Part shown: one piece after another, positions 36,591 through 49,769 of the stretch
How the letters are laid out: every line of letters starts with the position of its first letter
Position numbering within the stretch: position 1 is the first letter of the stretch
Source of the DNA: Takakia lepidozioides
Taxonomy: Eukaryota; Plantae; Bryophyta
Assembly: GCA_030704615.1 (NCBI GenBank)
Contig: CM060733.1
Span: 8,866,001 to 8,930,000, forward strand
Length of the DNA: 64,000 nt
Reading direction: 5' to 3'
The notes under the pieces: model-generated
The model's input: the letters and a program-made list of their open reading frames with translations, nothing else
Database searches by the model: none
Told to the model about the DNA's origin: nothing
Translations under genes and position numbers: made by a program

Positions 36591-38145
36591 TCCTATCATA
36601 TGTCCAATCACTTACATTCAGCTGTGCACACTGATTTCAGGTAGTTTATTTTTACTTTTTACTTTAAAAAAAAAAAAAACATTTTTACATTATCTTACAC
36701 AGCTCGTTTTACTTCTTTGATACGGTTCTTTTGAGATTTAAATCTAATATCAGACCTGGACTATGAACTGGCTGGTGCTAGACTTCTTGCATACATTTCT
36801 TTCTCAACTTTCTTCAACTTCATATCAGGTCATAGACAGGCGTCACTGCATTATTCATGCCAGGTACCTGCAACTTTGAAAATTTGAGTACTCAAACCAC
36901 CTCAAAACACAAAATTGTTAAAGTGTGATATTGCTTATGGTGAAAACTTGAAAGCTTGCCAATTTACAAATTCGGCTCTTTAAATCACCTAGTGTACTTG
37001 GCATTCAGGTGCTGGTTTTCTGTAAAATATGAGGATATGTCTAGCCTCTAGCCTTATCACTTTTGAGGTTATGTTACTCCATGTTTGACAATGAGAGTGG
37101 GAAAACATCACATGATCAGGGCGCTCTTTCTCCTCTATTGCTTCAACTTCCCCTGTGCTCCGAATCTACAAATTCCTGTGTTTCCTTGAAGGAGTTTTCA
37201 TGCTTGAAGGTTGAAAAGGACAACTCACGCTAAAGACAAAAATCATTAATATGGACATAAAAAAATGCCAGTCATAGAGAAGATACAGAACCAAATCAAC
37301 GGATGCAGACACATACTCCGCTAGAGCTACCGTCAGAGAAGTTCACTCTCTGCTCGAGGGGAGCTTCCCAAACCTCTGGGCCTTGTAGATAAAAAAAACT
37401 CTTCTGCAAGGCATCTCCATAATTGAATGGAGTGCCACCCATGAACGAGCCAGCGTATGACCACCAGTTGCTCCAGTTTCTTGTACTTGTTCTTCATGCC
37501 TGCAACTTCACAAAACCCCCACAAAATAATCCTCGCAAACAGGCTCTGGTTTAACCAGGTCTGTGGACACAATCCACCGTCACCTGTGGTTGGTGGTCTT
37601 CCCACTGGGGCTGGAGTGGACAAATCTGTCAGCATGGCTACTTTGAGACAGAAAAGAAGCCTGGCTGGTTGAAAATAAGAGTTGACAAATTCCCAAAGTC
37701 TTGAAGAAAACAGTAGCTGCATCTGTGCCCTGCAGGCATGAGGCCCCTTTCTTTTTAAGGAAAGCTTTACTTGTGGAAGCCCCTGCGACACGGCAGTCTT
37801 GAAATAGGTGTGAGCAGACGATGCAGAGAACGCAATCAAATCATTATCCCTAGAGATTGTCAAACTTTTCCGTCCTGTGTGCACCAGTAGCTGGATTCCA
37901 GTCAGGATCAAAGAGCACAAGTCTGCAAAAAACAAATTCCATCACTTCTGCGCAGAACTGATATAACAACCTCTACCGGATGATGGTGATTGATTAGAAA
38001 GTGATAAGTCCTGCACTACTAGAGGTCACAAGCCCTCGGGACTATGCCCGTCAGCACAAGAAACAATCAAGGAGAACAACATCCTCATCCTTCAAGTATT
38101 CAGAGAACATAGGATTCACACAATTCTATCCCTTCAGAACATTCA

Positions 38146-39967
38146 CTACATAGTCAAGTCCTGTATCTCTGCTGCCAAATCATCATCACCATCCTCTGGC
38201 TCTGACCCCGACTCTTTGTCTTCCTCCTCATCCTCCTCATCCTCCTCTTCATTCTCATCCAGAGATCCAAGAACCCCAATCCCCACAACACCTTTGGCGA
38301 GCACCTCCTGCAAGGCTTCAATTCCTGCCTCGGAGATGTGGTTTCCGTTCAGATTAAGTGATACGAATCCAGGCTTTCCAGCCACAGCTTGTGCTGCTGC
38401 AACGGCGCCTATCCTGCTCAGTTCATTCATACTCAAATCCAGCGACTTCAGGCATTCATGGCCCTCACCAAGTGCCTGGCAGACCACAACAGCACCTTTG
38501 TCTTCCAGCTCATTCTCTGACAGATTTAACCTGCTCAAGAATTTCATTGATTGAATGCAGGTTGCAAGAGCTGGAGCAGCATTCACTGTGATCTCATTGC
38601 CCCCTAGTTCTAGAACTGCTAACTGTGAAGCTCCTTCTGCAAGGGCCTTCGCCACAGCTAGGGTGCCTTTGTCCTCCAACCCTAAATCACTCAGATAAGC
38701 CTCTCTGAGCTGAGTATGAATCCTCAGTGTCTCAGCCAATGCAAGCCCGCCCTCAGGGCCATACATATTGTCCCTTAGGTCGATTCTCCTTAGGCATCTT
38801 CCACTTTGTAGGGCCTTTGCAAGAGCAATCCCTCCCTCACTCCCCACCCTAGTCGAAGAGAACTGGAAGTCTTCAATGAGGGGAGCGGTCCTCACAATCT
38901 CTGCCAGCTCCTGTGCCCCGGCATCACCAGTCATGTTGTTGTGGAACTGCAGCGTTAGGATCTTCTGAGCAGAAGGAAGCAGTTCGCGGATTGCCCGTGC
39001 TGCATCCTCTGAAATTCCATTATTCATGAAGTAAAGGGCTTGTAGACTGCTCTGTGATTTCAGTAGCGCTGCAAATGCACGAACTCCTTTCTCGCCCAAT
39101 GCATTGTCTGACAAGTTCAGTGACCTCAGTTGACACCCTTCGAGGGCCGCGGAGAAGGAGGACATAACCCGTAGCGCTTCTCCCTCGGGTCGGCCCGCCA
39201 CAATATCCGCAAGGTTCACATCCACCAGTTGGTCCCTAAGAGGTCTCAACGCGCGAGCTGCCACTGCTGCGGCTTCAATACCAAAGCTGCGATTGCTCAA
39301 ACAGATATGATTGTAAGCCTCATCTGCCTGTAGCAACGGCCTCAAAAGATCCTCGGCGGTTTCTTTCTCAAGGAATGTCCTCGTTCCACCGGATACGTCA
39401 AAAATGATCTTCTCCGTGCCCTCCTCTTGTCCGTCTGAAACTGATCTTTCTACCCGACCTGCAGCAATTGGACTTCGTACTCTTAGGTCATCATTCCAAT
39501 GCTCAAACATCCGTCAGTTGAATATGAAAGTGTGCATGTCCCAAAATTGACACAGACTAACCTGGTTGCTCACCATCCCCAGCGCTCCCATCCGTCCCAT
39601 CCTGCTCATGACCTTCCGAACCTTGAATACTGACCAAGCTCACTGGCGCGCCCTCACGTTTTCCAATTTTCAGCCTTTCCAGCATCAAATAACTGGCATG
39701 CCTCGCATACACCTGCACAGTGCTACTTCCAAATCCATCTTGCTGCGCCTCCGCCTCCTTCTGCGCTACAGCGAACGCCGCCTCCTCTATCTGCTTGGCA
39801 TGCTCCCCGGCCTCAGTGCTATCAATCCTCCCATACTTCTGCGAGAAGAAGGACATGGATGTGAGGTTGGTGGCCATGCGCTCTACCAGGGTCGCCCTGG
39901 TGGCGTCGCTGGGCGGCCACAGCTTGAAGCCGCCCCGCTCTCCCCCTGCGGCTGCCGCCATCGCCAT
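38146..39967 (-). CDS. RanGAP: Plant Ran GTPase-activating protein (WPP domain, LRRs, acidic tail); two coding exons
   Basis: Exon 1 (39967-39562) has FKLWPPSDATRATLVERM. Phase-1 intron 39561-39459. Exon 2 (39458-38146) has LSDNALGEKGVRAF, FHNNMTGD, SSTRVG and a poly-E/D tail. Confidence 0.95.
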
Positions 39968-40398
39968 CGCAGGCCTTCCTCAGCTCTCCCTCTCTGATGT
40001 TCGCCTTCCTCTCGCCACTCTCCTTGCGCTTTATTCGCCGAATTTCCAGAGACTTCCTATGGTCCAAAATTACTTGTGTCCATAGCCATATATGGCGAAA
40101 CTAAAACACTTAATGAAAATAATGTGAAACGTGCAACTTTACTCAGTCCAAAATTACGTTTATGTACAGCCATTTATGGCGGAAATAAGAAAAACAAACT
40201 GCCCGAGACAAAAATTACTTGTGTCCATAGCCATATATGGCGAATTGTTTAAAAAAAAAAAATAGTGTGAGCTGAAGGTAGAGAAAGGGAGGAAGAAGAG
40301 AAAGAGACAGACGAGAGAGAGAGAGAGGCAGCCGATTCCACCTTGTGGGAGAGCTGTGCCTGATTTATCTGCTGTACTGCAAGCGGCTTCCTGCAGCC
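39968..40398. promoter_or_regulatory. Bidirectional RanGAP/AKR2 promoter region with three CArG-box motifs
   Basis: The ATGs diverge ~430 bp apart. CC(A/T)6GG occurs at 40086-40095, 40170-40179 and 40231-40240 within a triplicated ~34-bp unit. Confidence 0.6.
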
Positions 40399-43300
40399 AT
40401 GGCTTCTGAAGGTATGGGAGGTGTTTGCTTTGCCACTTGATATGTTTTGGGGTGGAATTCACTGATGGAAGTGTTGGTTGTTTTGCACAAAATAGATGCC
40501 GTAGCCTTGCAGCCACGGACGCTTTTCCTTGTGTCGGTGAAATGTTAGAGTGAAACTCAGCTGCAGAGGTGTGAGAAAGACAGAGAGAGAGAGAGCGATG
40601 GTAAGCGATGTAGGATTCTTCCTCGCTTCTGGTGGGCGGTTGTTGAAGGATCAGGTCAGACTTGGCTTTAGAAGTAGATGTGGTCTGATTGCGTGACAAT
40701 CAGAATCTTGGAAGTTTCACTTTGCTCGATTGTGAACTTACTGTCAGTGGGTGCCTCAGAATGTGTCTCTCTTCCTTGTCAAAATGTTTTCTGTTAGTTG
40801 GAACATACCGTCTCTCCCGCATGAGTGGATCCGACTCTTTGCCCCTTCTCTGGCCGTGGAAATGCAGAAGCATTTCAGTCTGTTCTCGATAGCCATCCTA
40901 CCACATGACGGTCGATAGATGAGATATCCATGCATTCAGACCGATGTATTCTGTTACTAGTGAATGCAGAATTGTCTACTGTGAGCAGTTATTCGGACCT
41001 GATAATCCACTTTGTCTTTGGGATCAAGAACGGAGGTGAATTGACCTGTGAAATTGTCCGGTGGTGAAGAACCATAGTGTCTGGTTTTTCCAAATTGACA
41101 AGTGCCTCAGTGAGTCTGGCGTTCAGGTGAATGGTTGGAATCCATCTAATCGTTTGTAGTGGATTGCACACCCATTGCAGTCCTCTTGCATGTTCAGAAC
41201 GCAGGACGACATACTTCTGTTATCTGGCAATTTCAAGTTATTTGGGGTTTTCTGGTCTCCTCTTAGTGCAAAATATTGCTCGTTGTAAGTGGTTATAGGT
41301 GGCGCACACAATAGGGTATGCTCAAAGTGAACAGAAGTACAGAAATGTTCACACCACCAACTGTGTATTTTTCAGATGGAATTCTTTCTTGATTCACTAC
41401 ATACTTTGTGGTCAATTAAGCCAGGAGTATTATCCTCTCATAGGAGAGTTTTGATAGCAACTTTCTGTTGCTGGCAATTGTGGGAGGACAGGAAAGGGAG
41501 AAGATAGCCAGGCCACAGCCAAGGATGCAGAGGAAAAGGCTCCTGCCACGAATGCTCCATCACCACCTGTATCCGGGGTTGAGCATGATCCAGGCATCTC
41601 CAACCCGTTTGACTTTTCAGCAATGTCTGGTCTTTTGAACGTATTTTTCAGCCCTTACCCCTCTCTGCAATAGCAGAAAATTACTGGTCATGATATGTTC
41701 ACATTTGCAGTTTTTCCAGAGTGTTGCATGTTCCTTAGAATATAGTGTAGGCTGAGGCTTGATCTTTCTACTGCTGGAGTTGGGTGGTTCCCTATGCAAT
41801 TCAAATGTTTGACTAATCAATGTCCAGTACGTAAGACAGTGACTATTGGATATTAGTCCATCATCAATAGAACTTCTGCTGTAAGTTTGCTAGCATAATA
41901 GACACCAATTAGAGTCGATAATTGAAGAACTTGAAAGAACTCCAGTTATAGCATCCTAGCTCTCTTCTTTCTTTTCCTCCTCTCTCTCTTGTACCATGGA
42001 TCTCTGCAATGATTGTGCATTTGGGCTTCAGGATCCGAGCATAAAGGACATGGCAGAGCAGATAGCCAAGGACCCTGCCTTCAACCAGATGGCACAGCAG
42101 CTGCAACTGAGTGTGCAGAACGTGGGACAAGATGGCATTCCACAGTTGGATACGAACCAGTACATCACTGCTATGCAGCAAGTCATGCAGAACCCTGAAT
42201 TCATGACCATGGCTGAACGCCTTGGCAATGCCCTCATGCAGGTACCCTCTCCCTCATTGTCGACATACAGACAAAGACACACATGCCACTTTTCACTCTC
42301 CATATTTTCATTTCCGTGTCAGTATTGAGGTTGACATGTGTAAAACCCACTTTTTTGACCTATGTGCAGTGTGATTTGAGCATTCACACATCATTATGAC
42401 GTCTGTAATCAAAGCAGCATAAGTATAGAGAATCATTGACTAAATTTAGCAGACAGGGTCTGGGGACTGAATGATTGAATCAGTGAGCAAAAGAGCAAAA
42501 TCATCGATAGTCAAGCAAGCAGACATAACCGAAGCAATATTCCTTGTCATGTATGATGATGCAGTGTTGGAATGACATCTTCTAACCAAACTTGAATAAT
42601 CTCAAACATGGCTGTGCCAAAGTGAAATTAGGATGAAGTTGAACTAGGTTTTGGTTTCCTGTGGCTAGCAGGATCCTGCAATGTCAGGTATGCTGTCAAA
42701 CTTGACTGACCCAGCACACAAGGAGCAACTTGAGCAACAGATGGCCCAAGTGTCAGAAGACCCCTCTCTCAAGCCTGTTTTGGAAGAGATTGAGACTGGT
42801 GGTCCTGCAGCCTTGATGAAGTAAGACATTTATGCAGTTGTTTCCTGTTTCTTTCTTTCTTTCCCTGTCTCTGCCAATCCTCAAAGTTTTCACACGGCGA
42901 TCAAAGCCTGCACGAAAAAAAGCTGACCTATTCATGCAGAATTGCAGGATGTCTAGGAGCATTCAACAGCAACCTAGACGACAGACATTTGTATGGAAAA
43001 GCTGGCTTGCGACTGGGCACCTTTAATGTGATGGGCTCTTGATGTGATGGCTCAAGGTCAGATGGTGGGGTCAGATGAATCGCCCTAATACCATATACCC
43101 TAAGATGATGGATTCTATTTCTTGGAACCAAGACGATCCGATAAACAGGCTAAGTCAAGATAGAGGAGATTTTCGAGTACCTGAGTATATTAGGCAGGCA
43201 GAATTGACCCTGCTAGATGAAGCTGACTTGGAGGCGGAAGTGGCTAAGGCCATGTCAGAGCACGAAGTCTGTCCTGAACTTGTTTCCAGTTTGTGACATG

Positions 43301-46300
43301 GGTGAGGACCTTAAGGGCCCACCTACCCTCGGCACTAGAATGAAATTTATACTCAGGGTGGGGAGAAATAAACAGATGCAGGGAGGAAAGGAGATTGTCA
43401 ATGCCCAGTGTGCAGGCGGCCTGAAGAAAATTTCCATTTTCTGATGCAATGTCTGGGGTATTCTCGAGACCCTCTTCAGGACCATCAAGAACATAGTCCC
43501 TGCACCTATGTCCACCAACCCAAAAAATCTTGGCTGAGCCTAAAGCCTTGGCCCTGTTGCTGGGCATTTCACATACAGCAGATTGATGCTTGTGCGAAGG
43601 AATTTTCAGAAGAAATCTGGAAAGCCCGAACCACTTGTTATACCAAGGCAAGTCCCACTACTGGAGTGATCCCCTCACAAAGGTAGTGTATGTTCCCTCT
43701 TGTTCCGGCCAAGCTGGGCGTGGGTCTATGGCCCCAACAGCGTCGCATGAATACATTCTCTCCCCCCCGTGATTTGAGGCTTAAGTTTCTTTCCAGTTAT
43801 AATTCTATCCAGCCTCACAATAACTTGCGACGGAGTTGTAACTAGGCAATCTTTCTTTCTGCCCTTCCAATATATAGCTTCTCTGTTCTTCCCAACGGAT
43901 AATTTTGGACTACCCATACTATGAAATAAAAAAACTGTATTTTTGAGCCAACGTAGATCAAACCTGACTACAGATGCCAATTCATCTGTCTCCCACCCGA
44001 CTCGAAGTGGACTTGCATTAGCTAACCTCAAACTCCAAACCAGGAAGTGCTGATGTTGGACTAGACTAGCAGGTCATGAAATCTTGTTTTGGTGAAATGA
44101 ATGTTCTTTGCTCTAGTGATTAAGGTCAAATTTTTGTCCATTGTATTCAAGGTTCGAGATCAAATTTTGGCAACACAACAGTCAGTACCTGCTATGGTTG
44201 GTGCCTGGGACCAATGAAATGTGCAATGTATTCACAGGTATTGGAATGATCCAGCAGTTCTGGCCAAGCTAGGGCAAGCCATGGGCGTGGGCATCCCAGG
44301 GGAGGGAGGTTTCCCAGTGACTGGGGAATCCGCCAATGATGAGGAAGGCGAGGAAGAGGCAGGTGATGAGGAAGACGAGGAGTTGACTGTCCATCACACA
44401 GCCAGTACTGGGGATGTTGAGGTATAGTCATCTTTCCCCTGGTGTCCAATAAGACACTATATTCTGTGTTTTATATTGTTGAACCCTCCCTGGCTTGGTG
44501 ATTAGAAATTGATGTACAACCTACCAGCTGTGGATAAGAGAACCCTAGAAAACTCACCAATCCATTGCAAGTTAAGCTTGCTTGGAAGGCTGTTTTGAGG
44601 TCAGCACATCATTGATGCTTTATTGCTTTGATTACTTGGCTATCTTTCCGTGTTTCCAATTTCTTCTAGGTTTAAGAGCTCTACACACACCTTTGTTTAG
44701 AAAACTTGTGAGTGCAATCATGAAGGGCAGGGTTTGGTTGTGGGTTCTTGTAAGTAGCTCTGTTGCCACTCTTGAAGTTAGTGGCTTTTTTATGTAGCAT
44801 TTGAAATTTCTGTCTGTTCCATACCTTGGTGGATTTTATAATGTCTTTGACATATTTGTGAATGTTACTTCATATCAGACTGTGGGATGTTGTGGCCTGC
44901 AGTCTTACCAGACTGCCAGGCTGTAGAGCTTCTTATTAGCTTGCATGGAGGAGACTCCGTTTCACCTATAGTTTGACAAGATTTGAACTCCTGACCCGAT
45001 CGACTCAATTATTGAATATCCCCCAAAAAAGACAACTTTTGATTATTGGTTAAACATGGGTGGTAGCAGGGTTTAAAGATTCTGCTTCAAGAAGGTGCAG
45101 ATAAGGACGAGAAGGATGCAGAGGGACGGACAGCCTTGCATTTTGCGTCTGGCTATGGAGAAGCAAGTGTCTTTTCTCCCTTAGCATCTTGTAATCTAAG
45201 ATGTTGTTGGACAGATGTTTGTAATAGAATGCTCATTTCTCTGTCATAGCAGTAAATGCATGACTGACCAAACCATTAAAACAAACAGCGTTTTGCACAC
45301 ATGGGGAGCACAAGCTGCTACTTCACGCTTACCAATCAACCAATGAACTTAAAAGCTAAGATTTAGTACAAAAGAGCTGGTTAAATGATGAGAAGAATGA
45401 CCTGAGCTCTCTTGGCATGGAGATGCCATTCAGTAAATGTATTTGCTTCTTTCCTGCACCATACTGAAGCTTATGGCCATAAGGTTCAGCCATGGATGAT
45501 ATTATGATGGATGAGGGGGTCTGACAAGTGTGTGTTGGCTGGCAGGTGAAATGTGCTGAGGTATTGCTGGAAGGTGGAGCAGCTGTAGATGCACTGGACA
45601 AAAACAATAACACTGCCCTTCACTATGCTGCTGGATACGGCCGCCAGGAGTGTGTTGAGCTCCTCCTCAAGAATGGTGCTGCTGTGTAAGTTTTTTTGTT
45701 CTCCAATTCGACATCTTCAAGATTCAGAGACTTTCGGCTCACCAGATGATGATTTCCTTCTTTGGTATAATCCAGGATCAACATTGCTTCAGAGCGGCCT
45801 ACTTAATTTGACCTGCATGCCAGGCAAGACTAAGAGGAAGCGAGGATACAATTTTCCTGCTATTACTGCTTTTACAATGCTTGACACAAATAGCAGTCTT
45901 CACCAAAGCTATTTGAGACTGGGATAAGTCTGATGTCAGGAAGACTTTCTGAGGACAACCAATAGAAAGTCTTAGCATTTAGTGAAACTTCATTAAAAGC
46001 ACTGGCATATCCTTCAAGCCTGCCTGAAAGGGGGTTTGATATAGATATTTTTGGACCCAATCACCTATCTAGAAAGAAGTGTAGGTGTTCAGAGTAGTTA
46101 GTGCTCGTCTTGCAAGTTGTACCCATGTTCTTATTCCTACGTTTTATGCTTGCTCTGATTCGGTTCGCTTTATGTCAGCCATGGTAGGCCATGTACTTGC
46201 TTGTGTACGCAAAAGCTTTGTCAGGTGTTGCTTGCATCTGTTCTCAGAGGAACAAGAGATCAAAAGATATGTGTGGTGCTTTTTGAAGTGCACTGAATCA

Positions 46301-46419
46301 GATTCCTTGGGGAATGCAGGACTTTGCGAAATCTGGATGGCAAGACACCTATTGATGTTGCCAAGCTGAACAACCAGAGTGAAGTGTTGAAGCTATTGGA
46401 GAAGGATGTTTTCTTGTGA
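40399..46419 (+). CDS. AKR2: Ankyrin repeat-containing protein 2 (AKR2A/B-like membrane-protein targeting chaperone)
   Basis: Exons 40399-40411, 41492-41640 ([13 protein letters not shown]), 42032-42241 ([17 protein letters not shown]), 42672-42820, 44238-44421 (YWNDP), 45070-45162, 45546-45685 and 46320-46419 (LLEKDVFL*). Ankyrin motifs GRTALHFA and [11 protein letters not shown]. Confidence 0.95.
43050..43762 (+). mobile_element. 5'-truncated, degraded copy of the same LINE in AKR2 intron 4 (sense orientation)
   Basis: [48 protein letters not shown], ending ATACATTCTCTC. Confidence 0.85.
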
Positions 46420-49167
46420 AATTGCAACCAATAAATCCTCTACCTGGAAGCTGACGATTCTAGAGTCATCATAAAGAGGACCTTGTTTTTAGATGATTGA
46501 ATTTATCACTCTCAAAGTTTTTGTATTATTCTTTCTGTGCCATAATAATCCCCGAGATTTTATGCAAGATCATGATAAATTTTTAATAATTACACTTTCT
46601 TGACCACTCTTCAACTCACCTCCGATGATGTTACTTCTCTTCTATGTGGATGCTGCTAGACCTTGACAACCTTCCAGTCCCTTCATGGTTCCACTATCCT
46701 GCTTCAGGTTTTGAATCAAGATTGCAGATGAGAGACTTGACTGTCACCAAGACATCCCTTCCATGCTTGCATAGACTTCTTTCTCAAGAGTCTAGACCAT
46801 GGACAAGTTTGCTGTTACCCATCTATTCCATATATTGGGGTGGTACCACAACTTGGTTGTCTATAACAGTACTTCATAATCTGGACGCTATCTAAGCTTG
46901 TAACCAACTGTCGTCATCTTGCATGAGAACCCAAACAGTAGAGCAGTGGCTAATTACAGTGTGACAAAAGTGTCGAGGCATTATTGTACCACGTTTCAGT
47001 TGCATGTACCTTCTTCCATCCGTGAGTTATGAAGACACAAAAACACGCAGGACGCACACTGAAGGTGGAATCTCAATTTAGGTCGCTTTCAAAATCCAGT
47101 GTGAGTTGGTAAAAATCCTCCCTTGCATACTTACAAAATATTTAGGACAGTCGTGCTGCGTGCACCAAAAGACAAGTAGATCCCTGTGAGATCTGCTTCG
47201 AGCGCTAAAAGCCAACAATCATACTTTGTACTCCTGGATACCAAGTCTTTCCGTGTATCCATTGATCTATTAGAGTGCTCCTTTCAGTGCGGGTGCACTG
47301 CGTTGGGATTCAACCTCTTGTTTTAATCTGAGATGTTCATTCGGGTATTGTAACAGTACGCTCGACCTTATATGCTATTGTTAAGTTTGTAACACCCGCT
47401 GTTAATTAACTGCAGTACACGCTGCACATGAGCAAAGTATCTGTGAATAGATGAACTAGTATACAGATCAGGCTGCAAGTAGTTTGCCACTGTACTGCCA
47501 GCTTACAATATCGTTCCGTAAGTGACATGCGGCATTTGGGTTGTGCTCGTAACTGTGCAATCTGCCACAACCGGCCGTGCTGGAGCTGCAAGAAACACTT
47601 TCCTGAGAGACATCCCTCATCCGAATTACTCTTCCAATAGCCGGAGAACAATTTGATATACCTTGGCATCAGTTTGGTTCTCTCATCCTCCTTGCGTCGG
47701 GCCACAGACATCCACAGTAAAAGACAGGTTGCAGTAGGCTAGTAGCATTATCTGTGCCACAAGATATGCACCGTGAGTTTTGGGTCTACGTGGAAACGTG
47801 GAAACCATTGCCGTGCACGACAACCGTGTTTGCATCATGGGCCAAGTTTTGAGGATGGCGGTGATTCTAAGTATCACCGCTGGTGTGAAGGTTCGTGTGG
47901 CAACGACTCCATAGTTCCTGGTAATGGGTACTTACAATCCCAACGACAAGGATGATTTTATGCAGGATGCAACGGCCAACTTCCATGTCTCGGCCGTCCA
48001 CCAATTACACTGCACCACAGGACACAAACGAAAACCTGCTTCCATGTGCTAATTTTCACCTGCTTACAGATATCGGTGACCGACAACGTGCGATACATGG
48101 GAATTTTGCGCCAGAGTTCATGGCCGATGATTGGTAAACCATTTTGACCTGCTGTATGTACTGGGGTTACCAATGCATGGTACCTGGGGGGAAGGTCACC
48201 TTTCTCCTTTGCGTCAGTGGACCTGCCACTCTGCCACTCACTACCCGTCACGCTCTACTCCTGCAAGTACTCGCACTTAACATATTCTTTTTAAGAGAAA
48301 CCAGACAGTACTCACATTCAAGAGAGGAGCAAATATTAAACCCCCTTTTATATTAGCCATAGGCACATGATCAAGGGAGATATCATCCCTAATGATGAAC
48401 CGTAGCTAGATTTGAGCCCGGAACTACGACGGATATCAAAGCATCCCCAGGACCCACCACTTGCAAGTGCCTGGATCCTCCTTAACTTTTGGTAATCCAA
48501 AACACTACAATTATTATTGCATAGTAATTGTTGTTGTTGCATAGGTAAGAGATTTTTTAATTAGATGATGGTTGAGGTTCCAATTTTTCATTTTCTAAGG
48601 GGGCCCTGCTTGCAGAGCCCACCAAAGGGAGGCGGGAGAATCCTAACAAGGCGTGAGATACAGGGAGGCCCTGCCATTGTTTTATTGATATGAAGTGTAA
48701 CATGTGCCCAACTGGGAGCTAAGAACTTTCATGTTCCCATTAAGTCTCATGGGAACAACCCATGATATAAGGATCACTATGTCCAACTTGATACGTAGTC
48801 CCTACCCTGTCGGGCAGGGCCAATAAAATGTATAGCCCCCTTACCCTCCTTATACCCTCCTTATATAGAGTTTTTAGGCGGTGGTGGAGCCTTCTAGAAG
48901 GGGCCCACCGCCTCATGGAAAGGTCAAGAAGTAGAAGGGAGGCGGCGTCTTCTGCGCATGTCTTGGGCCCACCGCCCCATCCCATGCCATATAAAAAAAA
49001 CGGTCCAGCTGTCTACCTCCCATCGACCCCTCCTACTTCTAAGCTAGCGCATCCTGCGGCCCCACTGATTCGCTCTTCCCACAGAGTCGGGTTGCCTAAC
49101 CTTCCCAAACTGGGCAAATGGTTGGGGTACATAGTAGTGAGACATAAAGTGAGTTTATATTTTCTTA

Positions 49168-49726
49168 GGGCCACTTTACACTAGGGCCCAAGCCCAAGAA
49201 ATCATGAGCCCAATTTGTGCCACTTTTTCGACTACTCTTGGGCCAGGTTTAGTTATTAAAATAATATATCTGTTGGGCCCAAGGTGGTTGTGTGTAAAGC
49301 CATTGGGACCAAATGCAAGGCCCAAGAACCATGAACCCTAAGCTTTATCTAATCTTGTCCTTCCACAATGAGCCCGTATAGGCCAGTCCCGTACGGACCA
49401 GCCAAGCCGCGTACAGAAGTTACGGAGGCCTTCATCCTACGGTCAAGATTATGCAAAAGTACTATATTTTAATGTTGAACTTCTTGGGCCAAAGTGAGAG
49501 AGTTGGGTCTCCAAAATAGGAGGTAAGTACCTTTTTCTTGGGCTGGCCGAAGAATTTGGCGCCAAAACTTATGCCATGTAGGTGCCATGTAGGCAAATGC
49601 CCCACTATAATCTCCTTGGGCTTAGGCCGTAATATAAAGCCGTTGGGCCCAATATTTGGTCCTCAGCCAATAGGAACGCTCCATTCTCGCTTGGTCTTGG
49701 GCTCGGGCCCTAGTGTAAAGTGGCCC
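49168..49726. mobile_element. Tourist-like MITE (PIF/Harbinger)
   Basis: 32-bp TIR GGGCCACTTTACACTAGGGCCC(A/G)AGCCCAAGA (31/32 match) with a TTA TSD at 49165-49167 and 49727-49729. Confidence 0.92.
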
Positions 49727-49769
49727 TTAGTATAATGTGCATTCTTCTTCATTGATACTAGGGTTCTAA

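Noticed and set aside
37333-37935. 200-aa minus-strand ORF downstream of RanGAP
   Set aside because: No recognisable domain and a non-ATG start; probably RanGAP 3' UTR or intergenic.
39557-39967. Stand-alone WPP/MAF1 gene separate from RanGAP
   Set aside because: A phase-compatible intron joins it to the LRR exon, giving the standard plant RanGAP architecture.
47406-48350. Several short ORFs that could be a decayed gene
   Set aside because: No motif recognised in any frame, so a call cannot be supported.
48696-49160. LTR-like segment starting TGTAAC
   Set aside because: The matching GTTACA end lies inside a different element; no TSD or second copy was found.
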